A stretch of DNA of 64,000 nucleotides from positions 124,001-188,000 of the forward strand of contig LSRY02000047.1 in the NCBI GenBank assembly GCA_001643675.2, written 5' to 3'. Positions 43,501 to 55,556 of the stretch are shown here, in pieces. The position numbers and the translations under genes are program-made. A model generated the notes under the pieces. The model worked only from the letters and a program-made list of their open reading frames with translations. It was not told the origin of the DNA and ran no database searches. Each line of letters opens with the position of its first letter. Within the stretch, counting starts at the first letter, position 1. Origin of the DNA: Monocercomonoides exilis PA203. Lineage: Eukaryota > Protista > Preaxostyla.

Positions 43501-46500
43501 ATCATCATCATCATCATCTTCTCTTTCTCCATTCACTTTGTGTTTTCTGTTATTTCTTCTGTTGCCGTTCCCACTCTCTAAACTCCTATTTCCACTTTGT
43601 GTGTTCATCCTTCCAGTTAAAATTCCTCCTCTCCCTCCTTTTTGCCTGTTTTGCTTGTTAACACCAGAAGAAGAAGAGGAGGAAGAAGAAGGATCAAGAA
43701 GAAGAGAATTGAGTGAAGGAGATTCAGACAGAAGATGAGCAACGCTTTGATCAACTGATACTGGCACATCAGACGATGAACGAATACTTGCAGAAGAAGA
43801 AGAAGAAATAGAAGAAGAAGAAGAAGAGGAAGAAGAAGAAGGCAATGAAGAAGAATTCTCCACTCCAACACCTATCCCACCCCCTCCATACCCTCTCCTG
43901 CCCCTCTTCCCTTTCTCCGGGTCTTCCATTGCCACAAACGAGAAAGCCGGCGAATACAGCGACGCCACAAAGCTCCTCACAATCCCCACAGCCGTCGCCA
44001 TCGGCGCAATGTGATTGACACACGTGTCCACCGACTTCACCACAGGAACCGAAAAATTTCGCACTTTCACCACTCTCTTGTTGCTCTGCGCTGAAATGTA
44101 AGACAGAGCCACTTGCAGTGTGCATTGTGTCGGGTTCAGAACGGCCTCTCTTCGGATCGTGTCTGATAGGACGATCTCGTCAAAGTGCTTGTCTCGCTTC
44201 CGCTGGTCAAACAAAAGCTCAAATTCTTCATCCAGAAACTCCCGCTGCCGCTGCCGCTCGGCTTCAATGCGTTTTCTTTCTTCTTCTTCTCTTTCTCTTT
44301 CTCTTTGTATTTCTCTTTCTCTTTCTTTCTCTCTTTCCATTTCTCTTTCTCTTTCTTCTTCTTTCTCTTTCATCATTTGTTCTTCATTGTTTTCTTTGTT
44401 TGTGTCAAGAGATGAAGAAGCAACAGAAGGAACAACAGAAATTGCACTGTCTGCCTCTGTGTCTCGTGGAAGATTCATATCCACTTCAGATTTAACTCCA
44501 ACTTCAGAAGAAGAAGAAGATGATGATGAGGAAGAAGAAGAAGAAGATGATGATGAAATGGAAGAAGAAGAAGAAGAAAAAGGAATAAAAGAAGAAGAAG
44601 AACTTGATGACGATGATGATGACAAATACGTTTGTGATGATGATGCTAAAGGAGAAGGAGGTTGACAAACTTCCATTTCATTCTGGTTATGTGTCTGTTG
44701 AAGGGAATCAAGCTGAAGCTGCTGAGAAGGTTCTAACGAAGTGTGATAGTCTGCTTTTGATTCAGAATTCTGTAGAGAAGAAGAAAAAGGAGGAGAAAAA
44801 GGAGGATTGGAAGAAGAAGAAGAAGAAGAAGAAGAAGAAGAAGATGTGATAACATTATTCTTTTCCTCTTTACCTTCAATGTTATTTGTTTCTCTATGTG
44901 TTGATTCCAAAGAAGGCGCAGAAATATCAGAAATATCAGAAGCAGAAGCAGAAGAAGAAGAAGTGAGGATGTTTGAAGTGATAGAAAGTGGCTCATCGAG
45001 TTGTGGAGTGGGTGGACCGTGTGCAAGATGAGATGGAAGAGAAGGAGAAGAAGAGGAAGAAGAAGAAGATGATGAAGTGGAAGAAGAAGACGAAGAAACA
45101 GATTGATCTTTTCTTCTTGTCGAGCGATGAAGCGGAGAAGAAGGCGAATGCTGAAGCGATGAATGAGATGCAGAAGAAGCAAGGTGCCTGGCAAGAGGAG
45201 GGGAAGGAGGAAAAGTTGAGACAGAACTTTGGAGTGAATTGCCAGCGGGGGAAGAAAGAAGAGGAAGGGTGGCGATGGAAGAAGAGGAAGAGCGGTGGAG
45301 ACGAGGAGAACTGGAGCTTTTGGAGAGAGAAGTGGGAGAGTGGGGGAAGGAAGGAGAGGAAGAGGAAGAAGAAGATGCTGAAGGTATAACAGAAGTAGCT
45401 ATTTCATTATTTCCTGGTTGTATTTGTGACTTATCAATTTCTTCATCACCATCATCAAAATGAGCATCTTTTTTCCCTTCTTCATTCTCTTGCAAAGGCT
45501 CCGGTTTCTCACAAACTTCTTCCATTTCCTCTGCTTCTGCTGCCTCTTTCTGTGGCTCTTCTTCAAACACCCCAAAATCATCTGCCACTTCACAATTATC
45601 CTTGTTTTGACTGTTTTGACTGTTTTTGCTGTTTATTTGATTGTTTTCTTCTTCTTCTTCCCCAGCCATCCAAAGTGCTTCATCTGCATAGAAACCTCCA
45701 TTTCCATTGCCTTCTTCATCATCCTCATCCTCCTCATCTTCTTCTTCCTCATCATCATCAAACTCATCAAACCCGTCCCCTTTCCCATTCCCATTCCCAC
45801 TCCCTCCACCCTTCCCCTCCCTCTTCCTCCTCCTCCTCATCTGCCTCCTCCCGTACTCCTCCATCAGCATCTCCATCTCACTCGCTGTAGACGTCGACGA
45901 CGAATCGTCTGCATCCAAATACGGATGGCTGAACTGCCTCTGCCGCTGCCTCCACATCTCCCTCGCCTGCCGCTGCCTCTCCCTCCGCTTCTTCAGCCGC
46001 CTCAAATTCTGTGCATTGATAAACTGCATCGAATAATACCTTCCAGAGTCCAAGCTGGGAGCCTGCGACTGCACAGAAAGAGTGAGCTCTGTGTTTCTGT
46101 GCAAAGAGAGCAGAGAAACAAGCGCCACGCTTTTGTCAACAGACAGCTTCTGCTTCAGCAAACAGCCCCCGCCTCCACTGCCCACAATCTGTGTGATGCC
46201 GAAGGGAGGAGAAACACGAATGAGGAGGCGGGCAGAGAAGCCGAGCAAAGAACGGCGGAGGAGAAAGACCAGCTGCTCAGTGAGGAGGGAGCGAGAGAGG
46301 CTGGCGCTGCGGAGGAGGACGGAGGGCTTGCAGTATTGCTGGAGGAAGGAGAGGGAGAAAGATGGGGGTGAAGAAGAAGAAGAAGAAGAGGATGTTTGTG
46401 ATGATCCTTGAAATGAAGAAGAGGATGAGGAGGAAGAGTTTGAAATGCCAGTTGATCGAGAGGAAGAAGAAGAAGAAGAAGATTGAAGTGCTTCTGAAGT

Positions 46501-49499
46501 GTTAACATTCTTCTGTTGCTGTAGTTGTTGTGCCCTCACAATCTGTGCCTGTAACTGTGCTGTGTATGAAATGACTGCATCCAACGCCGCATCTTCCTCT
46601 TCTGTCTTGTTTCCCATCCCTTTCTCTCCTCTTCCCCTTTCTCCTTCTTTCCCTCTCTCTTTCTCTTTTATCTTCCCCTTTCCTTTCACATTCACCCCAA
46701 CCCCCTTCTTCGCTTTCCCCATCTCCTTCTCCTTCCCTTTCCCCCTCAGCTCCACTTTCTTCCTCTCCCACTCTCTTTCCTTGTCCAGTTCTTTCTTCCA
46801 CTCCACATTCATCCCCAGCCCCTTCTGCTCTTCTTCCTCCATCTCCAGCTTCTCATAGTCCAACCGCACAATCTCATCACTCGAAGATAGCAGAACAATC
46901 CGTCCTTCGCAGTTCGAGTGGAGAAAACGAAGCGTTGGCAAGCCAAAATCCTTGTTCCCCACACAAAACACATTGAGGGAGATTCCAAGCTTCGATGCAC
47001 GCAGACCCAGGCTGTGGTAGAATGTGACGGAGAGAGGAGAGAAACGAGAGAAAGGGGCAGGAGCGTTGGTGGGGATGAGGAGGACGGCAGAGGCTGAGGA
47101 GGAGGAAGAAGAAGAAGAAGAAGAAGAGATGGGAGAAGAAGAAAAAGAAGAAGAGGAATATGGATTGGGGAGAGGAGAAGGAGATGTCTGAGTTGATTGA
47201 GATGGTTGAGATGGATGAGGTGATTGTGATGCAGTGGATGAATTGGGTGAATTGGGTGTGGGTTGTGAGTGTTGTGAAGAGGGAATAAGAGAAGAAGAAG
47301 AAGAAGAAGAAGCAGAAGCAGAAGCAGAAGCAGAAGAAGAGGAGGAGGAAGAGGAAGAAGATGGAGGAAGAAGCTGTTGATGTGAAGAGGATGAGATAGC
47401 GACAGAAGTTGAATTATCATTGTTCATAACAGAAGCATTTGAAGTGATCACAGAAGAAGAAGAAGAAGAAGAAGAAGATGTTGACGTTGTTGTGGCAAGC
47501 CCTTCAATAAGCGTCGGATCCAAAATCCTTCCTTCAGCTCCTCCTTTTCCTTCCTTTCCTTTCTGTTTGTTTTGTGTCTTCATCATCTTTCTCGGAAGTC
47601 TGATCGGATTTGCTCTTTTCACCACATCCGTCTTCACTCTCTTTTTTCTCCTTCGCTTCGTCTTCATCTTCATCTCCCCATCTTCAAAGACCCAATACTT
47701 CCCTTCTCTCCCATTGTCAGAATCTGACTCATCATACATCCCACCCCCACCCCCACCCATACCCCCAGCGCCTTTCTTCTTCGGCTTCTTTATTCCCATT
47801 GCTTCGCTGTCAATCTCCCCACTCCTCACAATCACATCATCAACAACATCTTCTTCCTCTTCATCGTCTGCTTCGCTATCATAATCATATTCATCATCAC
47901 CTTCTTCTTTTCCTTTCCCTCCTCCATCAACCCCATCACGCCCATTTTTCCCTGCTTTGCCTCTCAGCGCTGCCTTTTCCTTCTCCATCACTTTAACCTC
48001 CTTTCTCCACTTCTCTCTCTCCAGCTGCTCTTCTTCTCTCCTCTTCTTCTCCTCTTTCCTCTTCTCCACAATCCGCAGCCACTCGGGATCATCTATCGCA
48101 TACCCTTTCACCGGCGTCGTTGTCCGGATCGTGCCACACACAGACCCCACACCAAAATTCGGGGCGCCTGCTGTAAACAGAAGCAGCGTGCCCCTCCTCA
48201 GCCGCTGCGGATGGAATGAAGGAGTATTTTTGAATGTGGGAGGTGGAGGGATAACGCGAGAAGAATTCCCAGTTTCCTGCAGCTTCTCCCATTCTGCTAG
48301 TTTCTGGCTTCGCATGCGCTCTTTCCACTCGTCGACAGGTGTCACTGAGATGAGCGGGGCGACATTTGGATTTGTGAGCACAAAATCAGACAGAACATAA
48401 TACGCATCAATAACATCCAGTGCAAGCACAAGAGCATTTCCAGTGCACCGCCACTGCATCTTTTGGCTGCTTTCCTCAGAATCTGCCAGGCGGATGCAAT
48501 CCATTACAGCAGCGGAGACACACTCAGCAGCAAAGGGCAGAGAAATGAAGAAGTCGGAGATTGACTGGCAGATATGGAGAACGAGGGGAGAGAGGAAGGA
48601 CGAGGCCGACGAAGACTCCAGCGGAGGAAGCAGAGGCACGTCTGGCGGACGCGGTGGAAAGTCGATTGACAAAAAGCCGTCTGCATGCTTGGTGATGAAG
48701 GAGCCTGCTGCTACAAGTTGCTGAGTAGACACCTGCTGGAGAAGATGATACGGATATGTTGATCGGAACGTGGTGAAATCTCGTGAAGTGAACTCAACAA
48801 ATGGAGGAGAAAATCCATCGGCAGATTGCTCATATTGCTTTGGAGAAAACTTTCCGAGCTGATAAAGCCTCACATGTTCTCCGAATGAAAGAAGAGCAAC
48901 TTTTGTATGAAGCTGTAAACTGTTCATTGACTTCAAAATGGAAACTAATATGTTTCTTAATTCGGATGCTTTTAATGTGAGATCGATTACGTACACTACC
49001 AATGGAGAATATCCTGGCGTTGAAGGAGAATGAGAAATTCTTTGCAGAAATGGAGGAAGAACGCATTCAAAAGAAGAAGAGGTTAATTCTTCATAATCTC
49101 TGGCAATTTGATTAGAAACTTTTCTTTTTGTTTGGGGATCTAGATTTTTTAAGATTTGACGAGAATGAGGAAGTGAATTGATACATTTACAGAAAACACA
49201 TTCCCATTTGTGAGGTGGAAGCTTTTGTTCTGGTTCAGCATCTCCTAGCGGTTTATAAAATTTTAATAATCAGAAATAAAATAATGACATCGTCAGTTTG
49301 GTTATATGTCAAACAAACCTCTTTGTTTATGAGGTTGAGCATAAAAAGCTCCACAGTACTTACATCGAAGGGGTTTTCTTCCCTTAATCTTGCAGCATGA
49401 GCTTTCTGTAAGATTTTCAGTTCTAAGAAATACGTGATGAGGCCCTAAATGGCTCAGAGCCCCAAAAGAATGATCCGAACAAAAAATCCCCGAAAACAT
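40567..49499 (-). CDS. Sec23-like COPII protein expanded to ~2950 aa by low-complexity insertions, 2 exons
   Basis: ATG at 49499; intron 49245-49318. Zn finger PLRCKYCGAF..WECVFC, vWA VVYVID, RCTGNAL, LLFTAGAPNFGVG, FYHSLG; beta-sandwich GFSARLLIRVS; gelsolin IIDEGSEILLWLG; C-terminal GTNSERFLLSRL. Confidence 0.85.
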
Positions 49500-49566
49500 C
49501 AAATAAGTTCTGGTAAAGATCTAAAAAGATTTTTTCAAAAATCATTGATAATTTTGTATATGCTGA
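49500..49566. promoter_or_regulatory. Putative 67-bp bidirectional promoter/5'UTR interval
   Basis: Distance between the divergent ATGs at 49499 (-) and 49567 (+); function inferred from geometry only. Confidence 0.45.
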
Positions 49567-52434
49567 ATGACAGAATGCGACAAAGAAAAAAATCGCTTGC
49601 AATATTTATTTAAGATTGCTTGCTCAGCTCCAAACGATGCATCTCGCGTTTACAATGAAAAATTTCAATCATTTTTATCTTTTTTCCATCTTTCGTTGTC
49701 AACGAAGCAAAACGACAAACCATTGTTTCCTCAATGGCAAAAATCATCATTATCAACGCATGCTTATTGCAAACTATGCCATTCGATGCTTGTTCCAAAA
49801 CGCAATTGCGATTTATGCTTTTCAAATAACTCTCGAAGCACAGATAAAAAATCTCAAAATAAACGTGATAAATCAGAGTTTTATGTGACTTGTCTTCTCT
49901 GCGGTGAAAAGACATTAGACATTGAAATGAATAAAAATGTTTCCAAACATCTTCGAGAAGAATGGATGAAAGCTCTTCGCGAGCAGGAAGAACGAGACAA
50001 GCGACAAAGCATCACACAACAAGCATCTGATGAATTTATACCACTTTTTAAAGATATTTCACCTGATCCTATCGATGCACCAATTCAACATCTTCCACAG
50101 TTCAAACCTGAACCTGTTAATATGTCTGTTCCAACAGAACAAAAAAATGATCCAATTGAACTATCTTCTGCTCTGAAAACAGCAGAACCCGGAAAATCGC
50201 TGTGGGAATCAAGCGGTTCAGCAGATGAAATGTTGTCTCTGATGGGGGGGTTGTTTGCGGCTTTTGGAGGTTTTTCAGAGCCATTGCCCGTTTCGTCTTC
50301 AATTACACCAGCAGCACAACCAACGGCCACTTCCACTGAACAGGATATGAAATCGAAGCAACCTCTTGATTCAGCGACTGATGCTCAGTCATCTAATAAC
50401 TCAGAAACTATTATGGTGAATAGTATCTTGCCTCAGCTATTTTCACAGCAATTGAATGAAAAGGAATCAACAAATCAACTTCCTATTCAGCCATCAACTT
50501 CTTCTTCTCCTTCACCTTCAATAACTTCATCGCAATCTTCTCTTTCACAGGATCAAAAAGAGCAGGAACAAAGCAAAAACCCTTTGATTTCTTCTCAGAT
50601 TCAGTTATCTTCACCTTCACTCAATCAAGTTGATGAATCTATTAACAGTCAGAATTCCTCAACAACCACTATTCCATTGGCATCAGAAGAAAGCATCAGA
50701 AAAGAAGAAATAGAAAAAGATGCTAATGATCAACAAAATTCTGCTTTAACATCCACAGTCCAGTCAGAAGAGATAGCAGTTTCAAAAACAATATCAGAAG
50801 AAGAATCTTCACACATTACCAAGGTTAACCAACAAACTTCTAATAAGGAGCATTCTCTTCTGTCTGACTCAGAAAGCAAAGCAAACTCTTCAAAAACTGA
50901 TGGCTCAATGTCATTTTTACCCACACCTTCAAAAGATGCTAATGAGATTGTAATAACATCAACGGACAGCCGAAATAACTTATCTTCCAATAGCGCCATT
51001 GAAATTGATAACCATCAAACACATTCACCACAAAGCCTCAATGAAATTGCATCTGAATTGAACCCTGAGGCTTCATTACCATCTGAATCAACCACAACTT
51101 CCTCATCCTCATCCTTTTCTTCATTGCAAACCTCATCTATCTCTGCTTCAGAAGCAACTGATTGTGCTTCTTCTATTTCAGGCGCTTCCTCTTCTGCACA
51201 ATCAAATGATATTGTTCAGGATACGATAAATGCAACTTCTTCATCTTCTACCTCTTCATCTTCATCCGAATCAATGAACAATAGCTTATCACCCGAAACC
51301 CAAACTCTTTCCTCTTCTTCAACAACAGAAACATCATCATCTTTAACAACAACAACAAATTCTTCCACTTCTACCTCACCTTCTGCTTCTTCTTCTTCAC
51401 CTTCTTCTTCTTCTTCACCTTCTTCTTCTTCCCCATCTCAAATGGACAGCCTTGCTGGCGTTCTCTCTTCTCTTCCTCAGTCCGTCATTTCATACATCTC
51501 TGCTCTTTCCCCCGAACAGCTCAAAGTTGTTCTCGATCCACATTTTCTCAATTCTCTTGTCGCAAAGCAAGCTTCTCTGTCTAATGGAAGCACAACTGAT
51601 AATTCCCATATGGCATCTGCAAATTCTTTGGTTCCTTCTTCTTCGTTAAATACTGCAGATTCGTCTCGGTTGGCTGGGTTTGCTTCGTCCCCATCAGTCA
51701 TGCAACAGTCAAATACAGTTCCTTCTTCGTCATTATCATTTCCTTCTTCACCTTCTTCTTCCTCTTCCTCTTCCAATCCGATTCACAATCCTTATCCCTC
51801 CCACCAGCCATTTCATTTGCCACAAGCCTCGTTCCAGACAGCCAGCGGAAAGAGAACGCAGATCAAAGGAGAAAGCGGCTATTATTATACAACAAATAGG
51901 GTTGATGGCTCATTAACTCCATTTCGTGCTGATGATGATGATGATGGCGGCGATGATGATGCAAAAAGAATGGAAAAGGACATGGACTATTCAAAACCAG
52001 GAAAGAGGAAGAGGAAGAAATTTGCAAACAAGTCGGATAATCAGATGAATGATGAAGAGAAAGAAGAGCAAAATGAACAATCTTTTAATTCAAAGAAATT
52101 CACACAGAATCAAACGAAAAACAAGAGCAATGCTTTTGAGCAGAAAAACTCAAAAAAGAAGCAATCTGAACAAAAACAGAAGCAAACTCCTATGCCGAAG
52201 CACAAATCAGGGTTCTCATTCAAAGATGCTGTTGTTGGATCTCACCAGCAGTCATCTTCAAAAAATATGGATGAATCATCTCAATCCGATAACGAGCAAA
52301 AAACTTCTGGAGGCGGTGCATCTTGGATTTTGGAAATGGGCGAAAGAATTGAACAGCAAAAACATAAAAAAGGAACAAGATTTGTTAAACCGTATCAAAA
52401 TTCATTTCACAATTCTCATTTCAACAGAAGATAA
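49567..52434 (+). CDS. RNase P/MRP Rpr2/RPP21/Snm1-domain protein with a long Ser/Thr-rich extension
   Basis: N-terminal RLQYLFKIA, CKLCHSMLVP..C and VTCLLCG zinc-ribbon pattern; the remaining ~830 aa are low complexity with a basic C-terminus. Confidence 0.65.
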   Translation: MTECDKEKNRLQYLFKIACSAPNDASRVYNEKFQSFLSFFHLSLSTKQNDKPLFPQWQKSSLSTHAYCKLCHSMLVPKRNCDLCFSNNSRSTDKKSQNKRDKSEFYVTCLLCGEKTLDIEMNKNVSKHLREEWMKALREQEERDKRQSITQQASDEFIPLFKDISPDPIDAPIQHLPQFKPEPVNMSVPTEQKNDPIELSSALKTAEPGKSLWESSGSADEMLSLMGGLFAAFGGFSEPLPVSSSITPAAQPTATSTEQDMKSKQPLDSATDAQSSNNSETIMVNSILPQLFSQQLNEKESTNQLPIQPSTSSSPSPSITSSQSSLSQDQKEQEQSKNPLISSQIQLSSPSLNQVDESINSQNSSTTTIPLASEESIRKEEIEKDANDQQNSALTSTVQSEEIAVSKTISEEESSHITKVNQQTSNKEHSLLSDSESKANSSKTDGSMSFLPTPSKDANEIVITSTDSRNNLSSNSAIEIDNHQTHSPQSLNEIASELNPEASLPSESTTTSSSSSFSSLQTSSISASEATDCASSISGASSSAQSNDIVQDTINATSSSSTSSSSSESMNNSLSPETQTLSSSSTTETSSSLTTTTNSSTSTSPSASSSSPSSSSSPSSSSPSQMDSLAGVLSSLPQSVISYISALSPEQLKVVLDPHFLNSLVAKQASLSNGSTTDNSHMASANSLVPSSSLNTADSSRLAGFASSPSVMQQSNTVPSSSLSFPSSPSSSSSSSNPIHNPYPSHQPFHLPQASFQTASGKRTQIKGESGYYYTTNRVDGSLTPFRADDDDDGGDDDAKRMEKDMDYSKPGKRKRKKFANKSDNQMNDEEKEEQNEQSFNSKKFTQNQTKNKSNAFEQKNSKKKQSEQKQKQTPMPKHKSGFSFKDAVVGSHQQSSSKNMDESSQSDNEQKTSGGGASWILEMGERIEQQKHKKGTRFVKPYQNSFHNSHFNRR

Positions 52435-52494
52435 AAAAAAATATGATCCAACATTCCAGAATAAAAATATTTTATTTGCATTTTATTTTATAAA

Positions 52495-53011
52495 ATGGAT
52501 TTATCAGTTGCATCGTTAGAAACATCAGTTCAAGCGGTTGCAAAAGATGTTTCTGCATTATCTTCAGAATTAGAAAAACAAGCGCTTCCATATTCTTTAA
52601 CTGTATGCAAGAAAATTTTGAAAATTTATTTTTTGAAAATTATTTCTTAGTCAAGCACAGAAGGAATACATACATCGATTCAAAAGTGTTTAAATCGTGC
52701 AGGGAAACTTCGTGAAGATGTTACTCAAATTATGGAGCAAAAGAAAGTATGAAGTTATAATTTGTTGTAATTCACATTTATCTCCATTCAGGAATTATTG
52801 ACACAAATTACGGAAATTGGAAAGCTATCCGAAGCTATTTTTTCTGAACTATATGCGACAATTAATTTTTTGCCAGATGATACACAACTTATGTTTGTCA
52901 TGATATTTAAACAATAAATTTTTCTTCTATTATCGAATTCAAAACATTTTCAGAGAGCGAGGAAATGTACTAAATCAGTTGCAAGAATTACAAAAATCAC
53001 TGCAAAATTGA
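52495..53011 (+). CDS. 120-aa coiled-coil protein, 4 exons, possibly SKA2-like
   Basis: Three GT-AG introns join in frame to give MDLSVASLETSVQAVAKDVSALSSELEKQ...KLREDVTQIMEQKKELLTQI...LQELQKSLQN*; absent from the ORF track. The gene model is firm; the SKA2 identity is tentative. Confidence 0.65.
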
Positions 53012-53385
53012 CAATTTTGCATTATCCAAAATACATTTCGAATTATTTTCATTTCAACACACAGACTTATCATGCATTTCAATTAGCACTTCATCACTTT
53101 AATGTTTAATAAAACTTTCTTCTTCTTTTTTGCACAAAGGCAATTTCATATATTTTTTTAAATCAACAACTTTGAAAATCAATGCTCAACTGTTGAGAAA
53201 GAAATTTATAAAAAAAAAAAAAAAAAAGCGAACAACGAGTCAGCGAAAGAAAAATGCTAATTATTCACAACCAAAAAATGTCAGAAATTACACCATTATT
53301 TGCCTACAATTATCTGCTTTTGAAATTTTTTAAAATTTGTTGATCTTCACTGCCCTTTACTTTTTGTTATTTGTTTTTGTTTTTC

Positions 53386-55169
53386 ATGGATGAGCATAAT
53401 CAAATCATTTTATCCTTAACTGCACCAAGTATTTGACTATAATTATTTTCTTATACTGTATTCATTATTTTTAAAGCTATTTATGGAAATGGAGGAACCA
53501 TGCTCCTTTTTTTATTTATTGGCTATTTTCTATGTCTTATTTTTGCTTCTACCCAATTACTTTTTGAGCTCGTTGAAAGGAAGAACGCAAATAATTTGTG
53601 GAAAAAGATGATACTTTCGCTTATTGTTGCACAATCAACTTTAGATTGTTTTATTCTTGTTGTTCCTCTCCCTCTTTCAAATGGCTTCGCTTTTTTATTA
53701 GAAACATCCATTCCTGATCACCTTATATCTCTTATGTGGATGCTGTTAATTGTATGGATCGGAAATGCAACTATTTTCCCATATATTGCAAATCCAAAAA
53801 TTAAAAAAGGATTTCCTATAGCAATTATCGTGGCCTTTTCTATACTTCTAATTATAAATGTGGCATTTAGTTATGTATATACATTTATTGGAACAAGTTA
53901 TTCTGAGAATTTAGTGTATTACAGCAAAATGATTATTGATTTCCTGATTGTAACTTTAACAATTCCGATGGCTATTAAAGTCAAATTAATAACTCGATCT
54001 CTCAAACAGCCAGCATTTCAATCTCTTAAAATAAGACTTCAAGCGTTTTTCGTGATGTTATGCATTATATCAGCAATATTTGTCGCTCTTGTGACACATG
54101 ATATTCTTACTGAGGCAGGAGTTAAGGTTACTGTTGGCCTTGATGATCCAATTGTTTACAATTGTCTTAATGATGAATCGCAGTGGTATGTTGCATAAAG
54201 TGTTCTTTTGCATATTATAATTTTTTGCATTATTGGCTGTAAACATATTAATTTTTATATAAATCTACTTAATTTATTGTTATGTTACATAGTTATCCTC
54301 TTATGGCCCTGATGTCATTTCTTGACCTGTTACTGCTATGCTGTCCCGTTCTTGTATTTCTTGTGACATTTTTCTATTTCAACCTCAAAACCTCAAGCTC
54401 CTCTCGAATCTCTGCCCAAAAGAAGACGAAGAAAAAACAGAAAAAGATGTCCAAAACACAAACACAAACTTATGTGCCATCTTCCCCCAGATCGTGCGTA
54501 TACATTTCCACCCCTTCCAACGAGCCAGGTTTCTCCCACAAATCTCACACACACCACACAGAAAACTTTCAGACAGCGTCTTCTTACACCCCTTCTGTCT
54601 CTCTTTCCATCTCAGCCACCGAAAACGAACGCCTTTTGTCTAACACAAGTGGTTACTACAGCTCATCTACTGGCAAATACTCAAACCTCCCCACACGCCG
54701 CTCTGAATCTGCCTCGTCTCTCTCATCTCTCTCTGAGTTCTCAGACTCCTCTCTCTCCACCCGCTCCTCTTCTTCCTCCGCTCGGCTGCATGGCCTCTCT
54801 GACGACTATTCCTCCCAGTCTCCGCTCTCTGCCTCCCCTGCAGACTACCCCGCTCATCCTCCCTTTCACCCCCAGCTCCACACCATCAGCTACACAGACA
54901 CACAGGTCTCCATCCCAAGCTCCCCCACATTCGGCCCCCATTCTTTTGACCCAACATCGAACATCGCTTCTGACCGTTTTGCCTCTGCACAGCTGCTCCC
55001 TTACCACTCGACTGAACGTACTTTGATCACTCGCCCCATCTCGCCCCACAGAAATCACCACAGAAAGGGAAGGGAGAAATCTCGTGTGAAAAATCAGCAG
55101 CAACAGCAGCAACAACAACAGCAGTCTTATTCTAATTACACACTTTCCACAAATAATTCAGACCATTAA
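53386..55169 (+). CDS. Multi-pass (~7TM) membrane protein with Ser/His-rich tail, THH1/TOM1/GPR137-like topology, 3 exons
   Basis: ATG at 53386; two GT-AG introns (second 54186-54292) link ORFs 53500-54198 and 54282-55169; about seven hydrophobic segments. Confidence 0.65.
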
Positions 55170-55556
55170 AGCCCTTTATTTAGCGTTTTGTTAAGTAATT
55201 ATTATCATTCAACACTTAATTGATGTATTCCGTTACATTGAGTTTGAATTAAATACATTTGATTTGGTTCAGACTCCGAGAGATTTTTGTTATTATTCAA
55301 TTTAATGTTAATGCTATTTGTTTTTTTATTGAATTGTGTTTATATGTAAAATAACTCTTTTTTTCACGATCATAAAATGATCTATAATGGGATTGTGTTT
55401 GGATAATCTTCTGATATTTTGCCCTTAATCAGCTTCAAATAGATAGTAAAGCCAAAATGTTTGATTTATCTATCGTTTTAAAATTAAAGTCATGATTATT
55501 ACCTTTGAAATGACCAAAATAACTCTTTTTATGCTTCTTATAATGATGTTTTAGTG

